From contig CAWGMQ010000008.1 in assembly GCA_963823665.1 (NCBI GenBank), forward strand, positions 1,408,001 through 1,472,000: 64,000 bases of DNA, given 5' to 3'. A model generated the notes under the pieces. The model was not told the origin of the DNA. It saw only the letters and a list, made by a program, of their open reading frames with translations, and did not search any database. Shown here in pieces: positions 30,878 to 42,394 of this stretch. The stretch comes from an uncultured Planctomycetota bacterium (GTDB lineage Bacteria > Planctomycetota > Planctomycetia > Isosphaerales > Isosphaeraceae). Numbering within the stretch: position 1 is the first letter of the stretch; each line of letters starts with the position of its first letter. A program made the position numbers and the translations under genes.

Positions 30878-32380
30878 ATGATATGCGTGACGATCGGGCG
30901 CGGCCGCCATTCTTCCTTGGCGGAAGAATGGAAGAGTGCGGCTGACGCCGGGGTGCAGCTCGCCGAGCTCCGAATTGACTGCCTCCGCCGCGAGCCGGAC
31001 TTGAAGCGGATTCTCAAGATTCGCCCAACGCCGCTGGTTTTCACGATCCGGCGGGGTGCCGACGGGGGGCTCTGGCGCGGCAAGGAGGATAAGCGGCAGC
31101 AGCTCCTGCGCGAGGCGATCGCGGCAGGCGTCGATTACGTCGATCTCGAAATGGACATCGCGGGGAAGATCCGCCGCTTCGGTAAGACCAAGCGGATCAT
31201 CAGCTACCACAACTTGAAGTCGACGCCGGTCGATGTGGAGGATTTCTCCGACCAGTGTGCCGAGCTCGATCCCGATATCATCAAGATCGCGACCGCGGCG
31301 TCCACGCTCGCGGAGGCTTCGCGGGTCCTGCACCTGGCGACGAAGTCGAAGGCACCCATGATCCCGATCGCGATTGGTGAGGTCGGGGTGTTCACGCGGA
31401 TTCTCGGCCGCAAGTTTGGAGCGCCGCTCACGTATGCAGGCTTCAATCCCGAGCGCGTATTCGCAGCCGGAATGCTGCCCCACGGCGTCTTGAGGCATGA
31501 CTTTGCATACGACTCGATCGACGCGAACACCGAGGTGTACGGCGTCATGGGAGACCCGATCGAGCACAGCCTGAGCCCGGTCGTCCACAACGCGGCATTT
31601 CGCGAGCTTGGCTTGAACAAGGTGATGGTGCCGTTTTTGGTGCCCCCTGCCGAGCTGGAGTCATTTTTCAAGGAGCTGCTCTGGCTCGACGTGAAGGGCT
31701 GCAGCGTGACGATCCCGCATAAGGAAACGATCGTGCCGCTGTTGCAACAGAAGGAGGGTGCAGTCGAACGGACCGGAAGCTGCAACACCGTCGTTTTCAA
31801 CGAGGATGGCCAGCGTGTCGGTTACAACACCGATTACCGTGCCGCGATGGACTCGCTCGAGGTGGCGATGAGCGGGCACGAAAGCGACGAATCGTCGAGC
31901 CCGCTCTTTGACAAGCAGGTGCTGATCCTGGGAGCCGGCGGGGTCGCGCGGGCGATCGCTTTCGGCCTGGGCAGGCGCGGGGCTCACGTGTCGATCACCA
32001 ACCGACATGACGAACGTGCAACCCGGCTGGCCGAGGAGGTCGGCTGCCGCAGCGTCACGTGGTCCATGCGGGCTAGCACCGTCGCGGATGTCGTGATCAA
32101 CGCGACACCGGTCGGAATGCACCCCAACGTGGACGACACCCCGCTGCCGCCGGCGGCATTCAGCCGGCCGGGAATGATCGTCTTCGACACGATCTATCAT
32201 CCCGAGAACACGATGATGATCAAACTGGCGCGGGAACGAGGCTGTAAGACTGTCACAGGAACAGACATGTTTATCCGCCAGGCTGAGGTCCAGTTCAAAC
32301 TGTACACCGGACGAGACGCACCGATCGACGCGATGCGCGACGCTCTCACGCTCAAGCTCACTCCGCTGCGCCAGACTTGA
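30878..32380 (+). CDS. aroE: Bifunctional type I 3-dehydroquinate dehydratase / shikimate dehydrogenase
   Basis: ELRIDCL, YVDLE, IISYHN; HSLSPVVHN, SVTIPHKE, NTD, ILGAGGVARA, INATPVGM. Confidence 0.93.
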   Translation: MICVTIGRGRHSSLAEEWKSAADAGVQLAELRIDCLRREPDLKRILKIRPTPLVFTIRRGADGGLWRGKEDKRQQLLREAIAAGVDYVDLEMDIAGKIRRFGKTKRIISYHNLKSTPVDVEDFSDQCAELDPDIIKIATAASTLAEASRVLHLATKSKAPMIPIAIGEVGVFTRILGRKFGAPLTYAGFNPERVFAAGMLPHGVLRHDFAYDSIDANTEVYGVMGDPIEHSLSPVVHNAAFRELGLNKVMVPFLVPPAELESFFKELLWLDVKGCSVTIPHKETIVPLLQQKEGAVERTGSCNTVVFNEDGQRVGYNTDYRAAMDSLEVAMSGHESDESSSPLFDKQVLILGAGGVARAIAFGLGRRGAHVSITNRHDERATRLAEEVGCRSVTWSMRASTVADVVINATPVGMHPNVDDTPLPPAAFSRPGMIVFDTIYHPENTMMIKLARERGCKTVTGTDMFIRQAEVQFKLYTGRDAPIDAMRDALTLKLTPLRQT

Positions 32381-32381
32381 C

Positions 32382-32948
32382 ATGAAAGACGACCCGATGC
32401 CGCCAGAGCAACGAGGCCGCGGTCTGGCACTCGTGGGCTATCGAGGAACCGGCAAAACCACGGTCGGACGGCTGCTTGCCAGAGCGATGAACCGGAGATT
32501 CGTGGACGTCGACCTGGAAATCGAGGAGCGATCGGGCCGCTCGATCGTGGCGACGTTTGCCGAAGTGGGGGAAGCGGCGTTCCGCGACTGGGAAGAGCGG
32601 ACCATGGCCGATGTGTTTGAGCAATACCCCCAGGCTGTCGTCGCGACCGGCGGCGGGTCGGTCATGCGGGAACACAACCGGAGCCGGATGCGCGGGTTCG
32701 GGCAAATTGTATGGCTCACCGCGGACGCCGGCGAGCTGGCACGACGGCTGCAAGCCGACGAGCGTGGACAGGCCGTCAGGCCGGCTTTGACCTCGAGAGG
32801 GGTGATCGAGGAAATCGCGCACGTATTGCGAGAGCGCACGCCGATCTATCAAGGACTGGCCGATCTGGTCATCGAGACCGGTGGCAGAAGCCCCGAGGAA
32901 GTCGCTCTGGCAATTCTTCCAGGCATCGCGACCTGGAGCTCGACCTGA
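32382..32948 (+). CDS. aroK: Shikimate kinase
   Basis: GYRGTGKTTVG, GEAAFRDWE, VATGGG, ERTPIY. Confidence 0.93.
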   Translation: MKDDPMPPEQRGRGLALVGYRGTGKTTVGRLLARAMNRRFVDVDLEIEERSGRSIVATFAEVGEAAFRDWEERTMADVFEQYPQAVVATGGGSVMREHNRSRMRGFGQIVWLTADAGELARRLQADERGQAVRPALTSRGVIEEIAHVLRERTPIYQGLADLVIETGGRSPEEVALAILPGIATWSST

Positions 32949-32987
32949 CGGAAGCAACCCCCTCCTTCGCTCTTTCGGAGCCTCGCC

Positions 32988-33939
32988 GTGTTCGCCACCT
33001 GGCCCGTACTGGTAGGTTTGGGGGCCGGATTCTTCGTGATCGGGACGGTTGTGGGAAGTTTTCTCAACGTTTGTATCTACCGGATTCCGTGGCAAAAAAG
33101 CGTGATATGGCCTCCTTCCCGGTGCCCGCGGTGTTTCGCAGCGATTTCGGGCGTTGATAACATCCCCATCGTGAGCTGGATCGTTCTGCGTGGAGAATGC
33201 CGGCGATGCGGCTTGCCGATCTCGCGCCGCTACCCGCTCGTGGAAGCACTCACCGGGGCGCTTTTTCTCGGCGCATTCGCGCTCGATGTGATTGCAGGAC
33301 CGCGCGGCGCGTGGGGAACGATACCCCCGATTCAACTGGCAGCAGCGGCCTACCACTGTGTCTTTCTCGCCATGCTCCTGGCCGCCGCAGTGATCGATGC
33401 TGACCTCTGGATCATTCCGGATGAGATCACAGTCACCGGGATGTTTCTCGGAATTGTGATCGCGACGATCTGGCCGCAGGTCCGGGCCTCGCCGGCGGTT
33501 GCGTCGGGCCATCTCGCGGCCTTCTGGACGGGCGTCCTGGGTGCTTTGGTGGCCGCGGCCGTGACTTTCGCAGTTCGCCAATTCTTCTCGTTCGTATTCC
33601 GGCGTGAGGCAATGGGTATGGGCGACGTGACGTTGATGGGCATGATCGGTGCATACCTGGGATGGCAAGCGGCCGTTCTGACTTTCTTCCTGGGTGCGTT
33701 TCTGGGCTTGGGGCACGCGCTCTGGAAGTTGGTACGGTACTTGAAAAAATGGCTCGATCGGCGGCCAATTATCGACCAGCGATCGCGAACTGCCTTATGG
33801 ACCGTACTTGAGTTTGGCCGCGGCATTGCTTTATTTTGCATGGCAATGGGTCTGGCCAATCTGTTCGCGGAATCTCTTCTTACCGCTGTACGTGATATTC
33901 TGGTGGACGTTAGGAGTCAATTTCGACCAGCCCAACTGA
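32988..33939 (+). CDS. pilD: Prepilin peptidase (A24), frameshift near 33770
   Basis: GSFLNVCIYRIP, CxxC pairs, IDADLWIIPD, MGMGDVTL. C-terminal ELPYGPYL lies in another frame ending at TGA 33939. Confidence 0.88.
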
Positions 33940-34049
33940 GACGATTTTGGTCGCGAGCAGATGATGCCGGAGAGGCCCTCCGGAGCGATCGAATTCGGTC
34001 GCAGGGCAGTGCGGCTGGCCCCGCGGCCCTCTTGCGACGGAGTTTGCCA

Positions 34050-34428
34050 ATGCCCTACGAATACAAAAGGCGCCGGCCCTCGATCATCCGCAACTTCTGG
34101 GTCTATCGCCGGTTGATCGGGACAGCGGTCGTGCTCGGGCGTGATGCTCTGGTTCATCATGGTCAACCACGAGCAGGTGACCGTCCACTTTCCGTTTGGC
34201 CTGGGCACGTTAACCAGCACGAGCGGAATTGTCATGCTCTTGAGTGCCTTGGTCGGAGCGCTCGCCACGATTCTGGTCACGACCGTGATTCTCGCCATCC
34301 GGCGCATGCGTCGCACTCAAAATCCGCACGATCCCTCCAGGACAACTGCCACCGTCGACGAACGACCGCCCGTGGACTACGCTGCGAAAACCAGCGAAGG
34401 CTTTTCCAATGCTCACTGGTCAAACTGA
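34050..34428 (+). CDS. LapA-like small membrane protein, frameshift near 34140
   Basis: MPYEYKRRRPSIIRNFW.. joins LWFIMVNHEQVTVHFPFG..TM segment. Confidence 0.65.
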
Positions 34429-34601
34429 CGAAAAGAGATCTGTGAGTCGGACCATTAGGGCACATCGCGTTTCAAGCGGGCAGGACAAGTTTTTGAGATC
34501 GGCACAAACGGCAAAACTGGACGAACCGCCAGGCGCCAGGCGGCAAGCCGGGCCGTCCAATCGCGCCAGCGCTCACCTGCCTTTCGCCGGCGAACATCGG
34601 A

Positions 34602-35210
34602 GTGCTCACGGTTCTTTGCGCCGGTGTGTGCTCGGTTGTGGGATGTTCCGGGCAATCAGGGCTTTTGACAGGTGGTCCGACGATGGGCCAGCTCAAGACC
34701 AGCTTGAGCCACCTCGAGTACGAGAACGAGCAGTTGAAGAAGTCAACTGCCAAGCTCGAGCGAGAGAACCGATCGCTGGAAGACCGGCTGGTGCAGGAGC
34801 AGATGGAAAACGGCGACGTGACCGCGCGACTGGACGACGCCCGCAATCTGCTGCGTGAACGCGGGATCGACGACGACGTGAGACTGGGATCGCACCGAGC
34901 CGGTGAAAGCACGGGGGTCTCCGCGGGCGAGCGCGACGGCGCCGAGCGCTCGAGCTTCTCTGACGGGTCGCGTTCGCGGCGACGGAGAACGCCGTTTGCA
35001 CAGATCTCAGGAGGAGGTGATTCGGTGGCTCCGATCGACGTCGGTGATCCAGCCGAAGACGACTCCACCGGGCGCCGGAAGGCGGGCACCGGGGGAAGAG
35101 CAAGGCGAGCCTCGGAGGACGACTCGGATCGCCACTCCTACCAGCGGGCACCTCGAGACTGGCAGCCCGTGGCCGACAGTTCGGACGACTCGGAGATCCG
35201 GATCCGCTAA
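34602..35210 (+). CDS. Hypothetical lipoprotein-like protein with coiled coil (start uncertain)
   Basis: VVGC lipobox-like motif followed by heptad segment LEYENEQLKKSTAKLERENRSLEDRL. Confidence 0.6.
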   Translation: MLTVLCAGVCSVVGCSGQSGLLTGGPTMGQLKTSLSHLEYENEQLKKSTAKLERENRSLEDRLVQEQMENGDVTARLDDARNLLRERGIDDDVRLGSHRAGESTGVSAGERDGAERSSFSDGSRSRRRRTPFAQISGGGDSVAPIDVGDPAEDDSTGRRKAGTGGRARRASEDDSDRHSYQRAPRDWQPVADSSDDSEIRIR

Positions 35211-35249
35211 AGCGCCGGAAACGAGCGCGGCGATCGGCCCGCAGGCAAG

Positions 35250-36028
35250 TCACGCGTGCCTCCTCGAGGGTCCCGCGATCGGAAAACGCACGGTCATCGA
35301 CGTCCCGGCGTTCCCCGCTGATTCGACGGTGACGGACCCCTGGAGCTGCATCACGAGCTCATGGCAGATGGCCAGCCCCAGTCCGCTTCCCTCGATCCCC
35401 GCGCGCTCGTCTCGGGGCAGACGGACAAATGGCTCGAAGACTCGCTCGTGGGATTCCATGGGTATGCCCGGGCCCGGAATCAGCAACGGTGACGTGCCAG
35501 GAATCGGCGACTGCTCGCCCGGAGATGCGAACCTGGCCTCCCGCCGGGGTGTACTTCAGGGCGTTGGAGGCGAGATTTCCGAAGATCTGCTGGCAACGCG
35601 ATGCGTCGGTGACGACCGACGACTCCGGGTGAGTGATATGACATTCCCACTTGATTCGACGCGAGGCAGCGACCGGCGCGAATTGCCTGTCGATCTCATT
35701 GACCAGGGCGCCGATCGTGTAAAACCCGAGGCAGAGCGGACGAGCACCCTGCGCGGCGGCCGCGTAGTCGAGGGAGCTACGCGTGAAGCGAAGCAGAGTC
35801 GTCGCAGAGCGACACCATCGTCTTGAGATGCTCGCGCTGGTCTTCGGCGACCGGCGACGGTGACTCCCCGAGGATCAAGTCGAAGCCCGCCCGAAGCGAG
35901 GCCAGTTGACGGCACAATTCATGGCTCAGGTTCGCCAGAACCGACGTGACTTGGGACCCGTCGGACAAGAGCGGCGAGATTCGCAGACCGTGAATACCAG
36001 CCGAAATTTGGGGCAAGCGGACATCCAT
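35250..36028 (-). CDS. Cytoplasmic sensor histidine kinase, split by two frameshifts
   Basis: ANLSHEL H-box, QIFGNLASNALKYT and ADSGPG in a middle frame, FEPF..GSGLGLAICHELV in the last frame. Confidence 0.82.
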
Positions 36029-36145
36029 GGCCTGATTGTCCCTGCAGGATTGCTCTTGAGCCGTGCATCGCGGCACCATCTTCGCGCATCCGCGGACGAA
36101 TGCCGGAGGCATGCAACCGGTCGCAACGAGCCCGGCACGGGCGCT

Positions 36146-36406
36146 TCAGGAGACCTCGATTTGGTTCGCCAGAAGGGGATGGCCGTCGGTCAGGTCCAGC
36201 ACCGCCTGATGCGCCAGTTGTTTCGCGTGGTAGGTTCGCGATCGCCCATGCAGGACGATCTTGTCATCCGAATAAACCACATGAAGATCACGAATCCGCC
36301 CGCTGGCGACACGGTTGATGTGACCTTCGATGAACTGTGCAACTTCAAGGTGATTCTTACCGCATTCGAACCGGCGCAGCTCTGTTCTCGAGCTGTACAT
36401 CCGCAT
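36146..36406 (-). CDS. Small BON-like protein (planctomycete type)
   Basis: GRIRDLHV..IVLHGRSRTYHAKQLAHQAV..NQIEV; GGGAG RBS. Confidence 0.75.
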   Translation of the reverse strand: MRMYSSRTELRRFECGKNHLEVAQFIEGHINRVASGRIRDLHVVYSDDKIVLHGRSRTYHAKQLAHQAVLDLTDGHPLLANQIEVS

Positions 36407-36450
36407 GCCAGTCTCCCATCTGTTCGAGCTCTTCGGCCGGGCCACGTCTG

Positions 36451-36467
36451 AGCAAACAGCGTGCCGA
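36451..36467 (-). promoter_or_regulatory. Sigma54 (-24/-12) promoter
   Basis: Minus strand TCGGCACGCTGTTTGCT has GG-N10-GC and matches TGGCACG-N4-TTGC, about 45 nt upstream of the BON-like gene. Confidence 0.7.
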
Positions 36468-36827
36468 ACCAAGGGATTGGGAGGCCGTCTCAAAGCATCG
36501 AGCTTCGGGACTGGGAACGAACGAGATTCTATAGACTAAATCGAATGTGAATCTGAATTAGTCGAAGAGGAGTCGGTCGTACCATCCTTGATCCCATCCG
36601 GCAGTCAGTCGAATCCGAGCGTCGTACGGCATGTTGCCCGGGTCTGGATCCAGGCCAGGCATCCGGGCCTGACTTTTTCCACCGAGGCAAGCCAGCACAA
36701 TCCGGCTCGCCTGACCTCGGCAAGAGCACAGCCTCATCGAAGGATCAATTGCGAGGGGACCGATCGACTCGCCTGAGGGTGCTCCAAGCACACCCAGACT
36801 AGCGAGTGGCGAGCCGGCCGTCAAACA

Positions 36828-37484
36828 TTATTCTCCGTGCGGCATTTCGATGTGGCGGCGGAGTGGTCTCGACGGCGTTGGCGGCGCGTCCTGATCGGGC
36901 GCCTCCAGCAGCTCGTCGGTCTGGATGATCGACTCAGCGAGCTTGGCCATCGGGATGCGCCGATCCTGGCTTTGCCGCTGCAACAACCGAAACGCCTCGC
37001 TCTCACTGAGCTGCCGGCGCGACATCAGAATGCCTTTCGCCCGCTCGATCAACTTCCGCTCTCGCAGAGTTGACTTGAGCTGATCAATGTCCTCCTGAAG
37101 GACCTTCAGCTCACGCGCTCGCGCGACTGCAACTTGTATTGCAGCGTGCAAGCTCGGATTGGTCGCCGGCTTGAGCAGATACGAGATCACGCCATCCTCG
37201 ACGGCTTGGTCGATCAAGTTCGGGTGACCGTGAGCGGTCAGAATGATCACCGGAGTGCCGGGATCAACCGCGATCTGCCGCGACGCGGCCAGTCCGTCCA
37301 GGCCGGGCATCTCGATATCCATGAACGCGACATCGGGAAGTGTGCGCCGACACATCTCGATCGCCCGTTGACCGTCGCTCACGACGGATACCACGTCGTA
37401 GCCCAGCGATTCCAGTTGATTCTGCAACGCGACCGCAACCGACTTTTCGTCATCCGCGATCAATACTCGATAGGGACGCGTCAT
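36828..37484 (-). CDS. ANTAR-domain response regulator (PdtaR/EutV/NasT-like)
   Basis: REC (IADDE, MDIEMP, YLLKP) plus ERKLIERAKGILM..SESEAFRLLQRQSQDRRIPM. Confidence 0.93.
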   Translation of the reverse strand: MTRPYRVLIADDEKSVAVALQNQLESLGYDVVSVVSDGQRAIEMCRRTLPDVAFMDIEMPGLDGLAASRQIAVDPGTPVIILTAHGHPNLIDQAVEDGVISYLLKPATNPSLHAAIQVAVARARELKVLQEDIDQLKSTLRERKLIERAKGILMSRRQLSESEAFRLLQRQSQDRRIPMAKLAESIIQTDELLEAPDQDAPPTPSRPLRRHIEMPHGE

Positions 37485-37794
37485 CGCCGTGATCCTTGGT
37501 TACGCGATCAGAATAGATGAAGAGCGAACACGCAGTTTGAATGCCGTTCCTGAAATTCCAGAAGCGTGCACTCGAGAAAATCTCAATTCCGAATCCGGTT
37601 GAATGACGCCTGGAGATCGCACAATCATTCACCGATTGTTGTACGCCCGAAGTCATGACATTATGCACATGCTCAAACGGGCTTGACGACTTTCAGCCGA
37701 CCGTCAGAATGCCGTTCGTGAAGACGAGTCCCCGAAAGGCGAACTGATCAATCGTTGATCTCTAATTAGACTACTACGAAGGAAAACTGCACGC

Positions 37795-38298
37795 GTGACT
37801 CGCCAATCTTGCTTGATCTTGGCATTTGACGATCTGGTTGTCGGCGATGAGTGGGAAAGCGGGCGGAGAACCATCACCGAAACCGACGTCGTCCTGTTCG
37901 CCGGCCTTTCCGGGGATTTCAATCCGCTGCACGTCGACCATGCCTCAAGCCAGACAGGCCCATTCGGGCGGCCCGTGGCCCACGGACTCCTCGGCATGTC
38001 AATCGCCACTGGCCTGATCAGCCAGGCGCCCCGGATCGATACCATCGCTTTCCTGGCCATCCTCGAGTGGAAGTTTCTCCATCCTATCGCTTTCGGTGAC
38101 ACCATTCATGCCGTCTCGAAGGTCGCGTCACTCGCGCCCCACGCCAACGGGCGTCGTGGGGTCGTCACCTGGCATCGCCGTGTCTTCAATCAAAATGCAC
38201 GCCTCGTTCAGGAGGGTCTCACTCAAACTCTCGTGCGAGCACGATCACGTGATACATCGCCCGAGACTAAGATTGACCCTGAGAGCCTCCCTGACTGA
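37795..38298 (+). CDS. MaoC/PaaZ-type dehydratase
   Basis: RTITETDVVLFAGLSGDFNPLHVD, VAHGLL. Confidence 0.9.
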   Translation: MTRQSCLILAFDDLVVGDEWESGRRTITETDVVLFAGLSGDFNPLHVDHASSQTGPFGRPVAHGLLGMSIATGLISQAPRIDTIAFLAILEWKFLHPIAFGDTIHAVSKVASLAPHANGRRGVVTWHRRVFNQNARLVQEGLTQTLVRARSRDTSPETKIDPESLPD

Positions 38299-38421
38299 AT
38301 GTCGTTCCACTCGAGAGCGCAGCTCTGCCACGAAGTTACACTATCTTATCATCGAAGTCCTAATACTTTCGATGACATTTCACCTAAAAATTCCTGAAAA
38401 CTTTTCCATGAGAGCAAGCAG

Positions 38422-39243
38422 ATGGAACGCAGATCTCCGCCGGCAGAACGCTCGACCGCCCTGGTGACGGGTGCGGCACAGGGGATCGGCAGAGGGATCG
38501 CGCAAGCGCTCTCGAGTGCTGCGTACAGAGTCATGCTCGCTGACATCGATGACGCGTTGCTCGCCGAGGCCGCTGCCGACTTGAAAGGACAGGGCTTCGA
38601 CGTCGTCGGCCAGCATCTCGAGGTCAGAAGCGCAGAAGACTGGACGAGCGCGATCGAGGTCCTCAGCTCGCGTTGGGGAGGGCTCGATGTCCTGGTGAAC
38701 TGCGCAGGCATCAGCCCGCGCGGAACGGCTGAATCGACCGACGAGGCACTCTGGGAACACACGCTCGGCATCAACTTGAAGGGCCCTTGGCTCGGCATCA
38801 AGGCCGCACTTCCACTGTTGCGAAAGCGCCGCGGCACGATCATCAACATCGGGTCAACACGCGCCACGCGGCCGATGCCCGGCCTGTTTTCCTACGGCGT
38901 GAGCAAGGCCGGCTTGTGGGGTCTTACGCAGCAAGTGGCGGTCGAATACCTGAACGAATCCGTCACGTGCAACATGATTGCGCCGGGCTGGGTCGACACT
39001 CCGAATGAGCGATTGATCCAGGCAAAGTTCGGCCGTCCAGACTTTCCCCAGGGGATCCGCAACTTGACCACACCGGAGGAAATCGGTGCCGCCGTGGTGT
39101 TCCTGGCTTCAAGCTCGGGCCGCAAGATCAACGGAGTGATTCTCTATATGGACGGCGGCCTCCAGATCGCCGATGACGCAGGCATGGTCTACTTGCCCGA
39201 TCGCATCCGCCCGCCATACGAGCAGCGAATCGAAGAATCCTGA
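38422..39243 (+). CDS. SDR-family oxidoreductase
   Basis: TGAAQGIG, LVNCAG, YGVSK, APGWVDT. Confidence 0.92.
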   Translation: MERRSPPAERSTALVTGAAQGIGRGIAQALSSAAYRVMLADIDDALLAEAAADLKGQGFDVVGQHLEVRSAEDWTSAIEVLSSRWGGLDVLVNCAGISPRGTAESTDEALWEHTLGINLKGPWLGIKAALPLLRKRRGTIINIGSTRATRPMPGLFSYGVSKAGLWGLTQQVAVEYLNESVTCNMIAPGWVDTPNERLIQAKFGRPDFPQGIRNLTTPEEIGAAVVFLASSSGRKINGVILYMDGGLQIADDAGMVYLPDRIRPPYEQRIEES

Positions 39244-39347
39244 TCGTGACGATCGAGTCGGCATCGTCTTGATCATTGCGCTCTGTGGTCCTACATTCAC
39301 GAAATCGATGGATGTCCGACTAGCGGGCCGGTCAGGGGGTCACAACC

Positions 39348-40163
39348 ATGAGCGAATTCGTCTATTGCCTCAACACGAGCACGATTCGGCCGACGCCTCT
39401 CCTCAAAAAGATCGCGATCGCCGGCAAAGCAGGCTTCGCGGCGATCGAGCCGTGGAACGACGAGATCACCGAATATCTCCAGCAAGGAGGAAGCGTCGCC
39501 GAGCTGAAACAAGCAATCGCTGATGCCGGATTGAAGGTCGTCAGCGTGATTGCGCTCCACAGTTGGGTTACATCCGAGGGCGACGCGCATCGCCGCGTGC
39601 TCGATGAGTGCCGTCGCCGGATGACCCAGGCCGCCCAGCTAGGAAGCCCCTATATCGTCGCCAGCCCGCCCCAGGAAGTGGTCGACGTGAACCGCGCAAG
39701 CGACCGCTTCGCCGAGCTGCTCGAGCTGGGCGAGCAGGCCGGCGTGGTCCCGTCCATGGAGTTCCTCGGCTTCGTCGACGGTGTAAAGAACGTGGCGACC
39801 GCTTGGGCTATCGCCGCCGGCAGCGGCCAGCCCCGAGCGGAAGCGACCATCGTTGCCGACGTCTTCCACATGATGCGCGGCGGAGGCTCGATCGACGATT
39901 TGCTCTCGATCACGGGCGATCGACTGGCCTGCTTCCACATCAACGATCTACCGCCCGTGCCCGACCCGCTGAAGCAGCGAGACGAGGATCGAGTGATGGT
40001 CGGCGAGGGAATCGCTGACCTCCCGCGGGTGATCGCCAACCTGCGAACGATCGGATATCGCGGTCCGATATCGCTCGAGCTGTTCAATCGCAAGCTATGG
40101 GAGCAAGACCCACTCGAGGTCGTGACGCGTGGGCTCGAGCGGATACGCAGTTTGGTCGAATGA
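39348..40163 (+). CDS. Sugar phosphate isomerase/epimerase (xylose isomerase-like TIM barrel)
   Basis: CLNTSTI, IEPW, MEFLG, DVFH, HIND, GEG..L, SLELF. Confidence 0.9.
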   Translation: MSEFVYCLNTSTIRPTPLLKKIAIAGKAGFAAIEPWNDEITEYLQQGGSVAELKQAIADAGLKVVSVIALHSWVTSEGDAHRRVLDECRRRMTQAAQLGSPYIVASPPQEVVDVNRASDRFAELLELGEQAGVVPSMEFLGFVDGVKNVATAWAIAAGSGQPRAEATIVADVFHMMRGGGSIDDLLSITGDRLACFHINDLPPVPDPLKQRDEDRVMVGEGIADLPRVIANLRTIGYRGPISLELFNRKLWEQDPLEVVTRGLERIRSLVE

Positions 40164-40184
40164 TGATCGGAGTTTTCCGGGCGC

Positions 40185-40982
40185 TCAGTACTTCGCCAGC
40201 TCGCTCGGTGCGCTCGTCCTGGTTGATCTGGCGCGAGGCGTCAGCCGCCCCGTCCAGCATCATCTTCAGCTCGCTGCCGACCGCGATGAACTGCCATCCT
40301 TCACGCGCCCGCCGCAGGGCGTCGGCCGCGGTGAGAACGTGCAGCCCGCAGGGAAGCCGGTTTCGCTGTGCCGCTTCCCGGATCCGCGTGAGCGTCGACT
40401 CGAACAGCTCCTTCCCAGGCTGCGCGCCGTCGGCGTGCGCATCGAATAAGCCAGGTCGTTGGGACCGACGAACACCGCATCGACACCAGGCACCGAGTAA
40501 ATTTCGTCGGCGATCTCCACCGCCTTGATATGCTCGGTTTGAATGATGACCAGTATCTCGTCATCGGCCTTCCTGTAATACTCGGCGGCGGTGGCCCCGT
40601 AATTCAGTGCGTGCATGCCTCCGCCGACGGAGCGGTTCCCGCGCGGCGGGTACTTCGTAGCGGCAACGATCGACCGTGCTTCAGCGGCATCCATCACCAT
40701 CGGAGCGACGATTCCCATCGCGCCGCAGTCGAGCACGCCTTTGATCAGCTCATGCCGGCCCGTGGGGATGCGAGCCAGCGGAACACAGCCGGCATCGGCG
40801 ATGGCGCCGAACATGAACGCCGCGGTCTGGATGTCGGTGTGAGTGTGCTCCATGTCCACCGTGAGCCAGGGAAATCCGGCGCGGGCCATGAACCGCGCCG
40901 CGGCAATGCTCCCCAGCGACAGCCACGTGCCGATCTGAGGTTTGCCGGCCGCAAGCGCCCTCTTGACTGGATTCTCTTTCAA
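40185..40982 (-). CDS. HpcH/HpaI aldolase, frameshifts near 40430 and 40210
   Basis: TTG start after [35 protein letters not shown]. The C-terminus ([20 protein letters not shown]) is in other frames. Confidence 0.87.
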
Positions 40983-41250
40983 GTCACTTCCTCTTGCGAA
41001 AAGCGGTCGAGACCCACGGAGAAGCTCCCGCGGCGGGATTCTCACCACGAGACGAGTCTCGCACGACAGCCCTGCGGAGGCAAGAGTGGCGCCGTGTAAG
41101 CACCTCGCCGCCGGGGCCCTCCGGGTAAAGCTCTTCACCCATTCTTCACCGTTGCTGCTTGGCCTGTGCCGGTAAGATCAAGCTGGTTAGGATGTCCGGA
41201 GCGACACCCCTGTAGCATGACGGTCCCTTACCCGCAGCTCGACCCGATCC

Positions 41251-42394
41251 ATGCGAATCACACTCGTCACGGAAACCTTCTTTCCGCAGGTCAACGGCGT
41301 GTCGAGGACGCTCGGCGAGCTGGCTCGACACCTGCGCGCTTGCGGTGACCTGGTACAGCTTGTCTGCCCCGATTACGGAACAGAAGCCAGGCAGGAAGGC
41401 GTTCTCCCGGTCCCCTCGGTCGTCCTGCCGTTCTATAAAGAGCTTCACTTGCCCCGACCGCCGTTTGGACGCGTGCATCGTGCGGTTGCGGCATTTCGCC
41501 CGGAAATCATCCACATCGCGACCGAAGCAACACTGGGATGGAGCCTCCTCCGGCACGCACTCAGGTCCAGGATCCCGGTCGTTTCCAGTTTCCACACAAA
41601 CTTCGACCAGTACAGCACCCATTACGGACTCGGTTGGTCCAGAAGTCTGATCTGGCGCGTATCTGCGCTGGTTTCACAACACCACGCAAGAGACGTACGT
41701 TCCCTCGAACACGACAATCCGAGATCTCGAAAAACGCGGCTTCGAGCGACTGCACCTGTGGCGCCGAGGCGTTGATAGCGAGATCTTCCGGCCCGACCGG
41801 CCGGGAAGATACGACGTGCGCCGCGCCCTCGGCTGGTCGCCGGACGACGTGGTCATCACCTATGTCAGCCGGATCGCGCCCGAGAAGAACGTCGATTATC
41901 TCGCGGATGCCCTCACAATCGTGGCGGCGCGGCGGCCGGACGTGCGGATCCTGTTCGTGGGCGACGGCCCATCGCGCCCGGCCCTGGAAGCCCGAATCGG
42001 CGGCATCGCTCACTTCGCGGGCTACCGAAGCCGAGCCGATCTCGCCGACCACTACGCAGCCGGCGATGTCTTTGTCTTCGCCAGCCGCACCGAGACTCTC
42101 GGGAATGTCGTCCTCGAGGCGATGTCTTCCGGTCTCCCGGTCGTGGCGCTCGAGGCCGGCGGCGTGAGCGAGACCGTCCAGTCCGGCTCGAGCGGAATTC
42201 TGGTCCCGCCTGAAGAGCCCGCCGAGCGATTCGCAACGGCCGTCCTCTGGTTGATCGAGCAATCGGATGAGAGACGCCGGATGGCCGAGGCCGCACGGGC
42301 TTACGCGGTCAGTCAGACCTGGGAAGCGATCATGGACTCGCTGCGACTTCGATATCACAGTGTCATCGGCAAGTCCGTCGATGTGTTGACCTAG
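41251..42394 (+). CDS. GT4 glycosyltransferase (PimB/MgtA-like), frameshift near 41660
   Basis: VTETFFPQVNGV, HIATE, SSFHTNF; then SRIAPEKN, FASRTETLGNVVLEAMSSGLPV. Confidence 0.9.
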
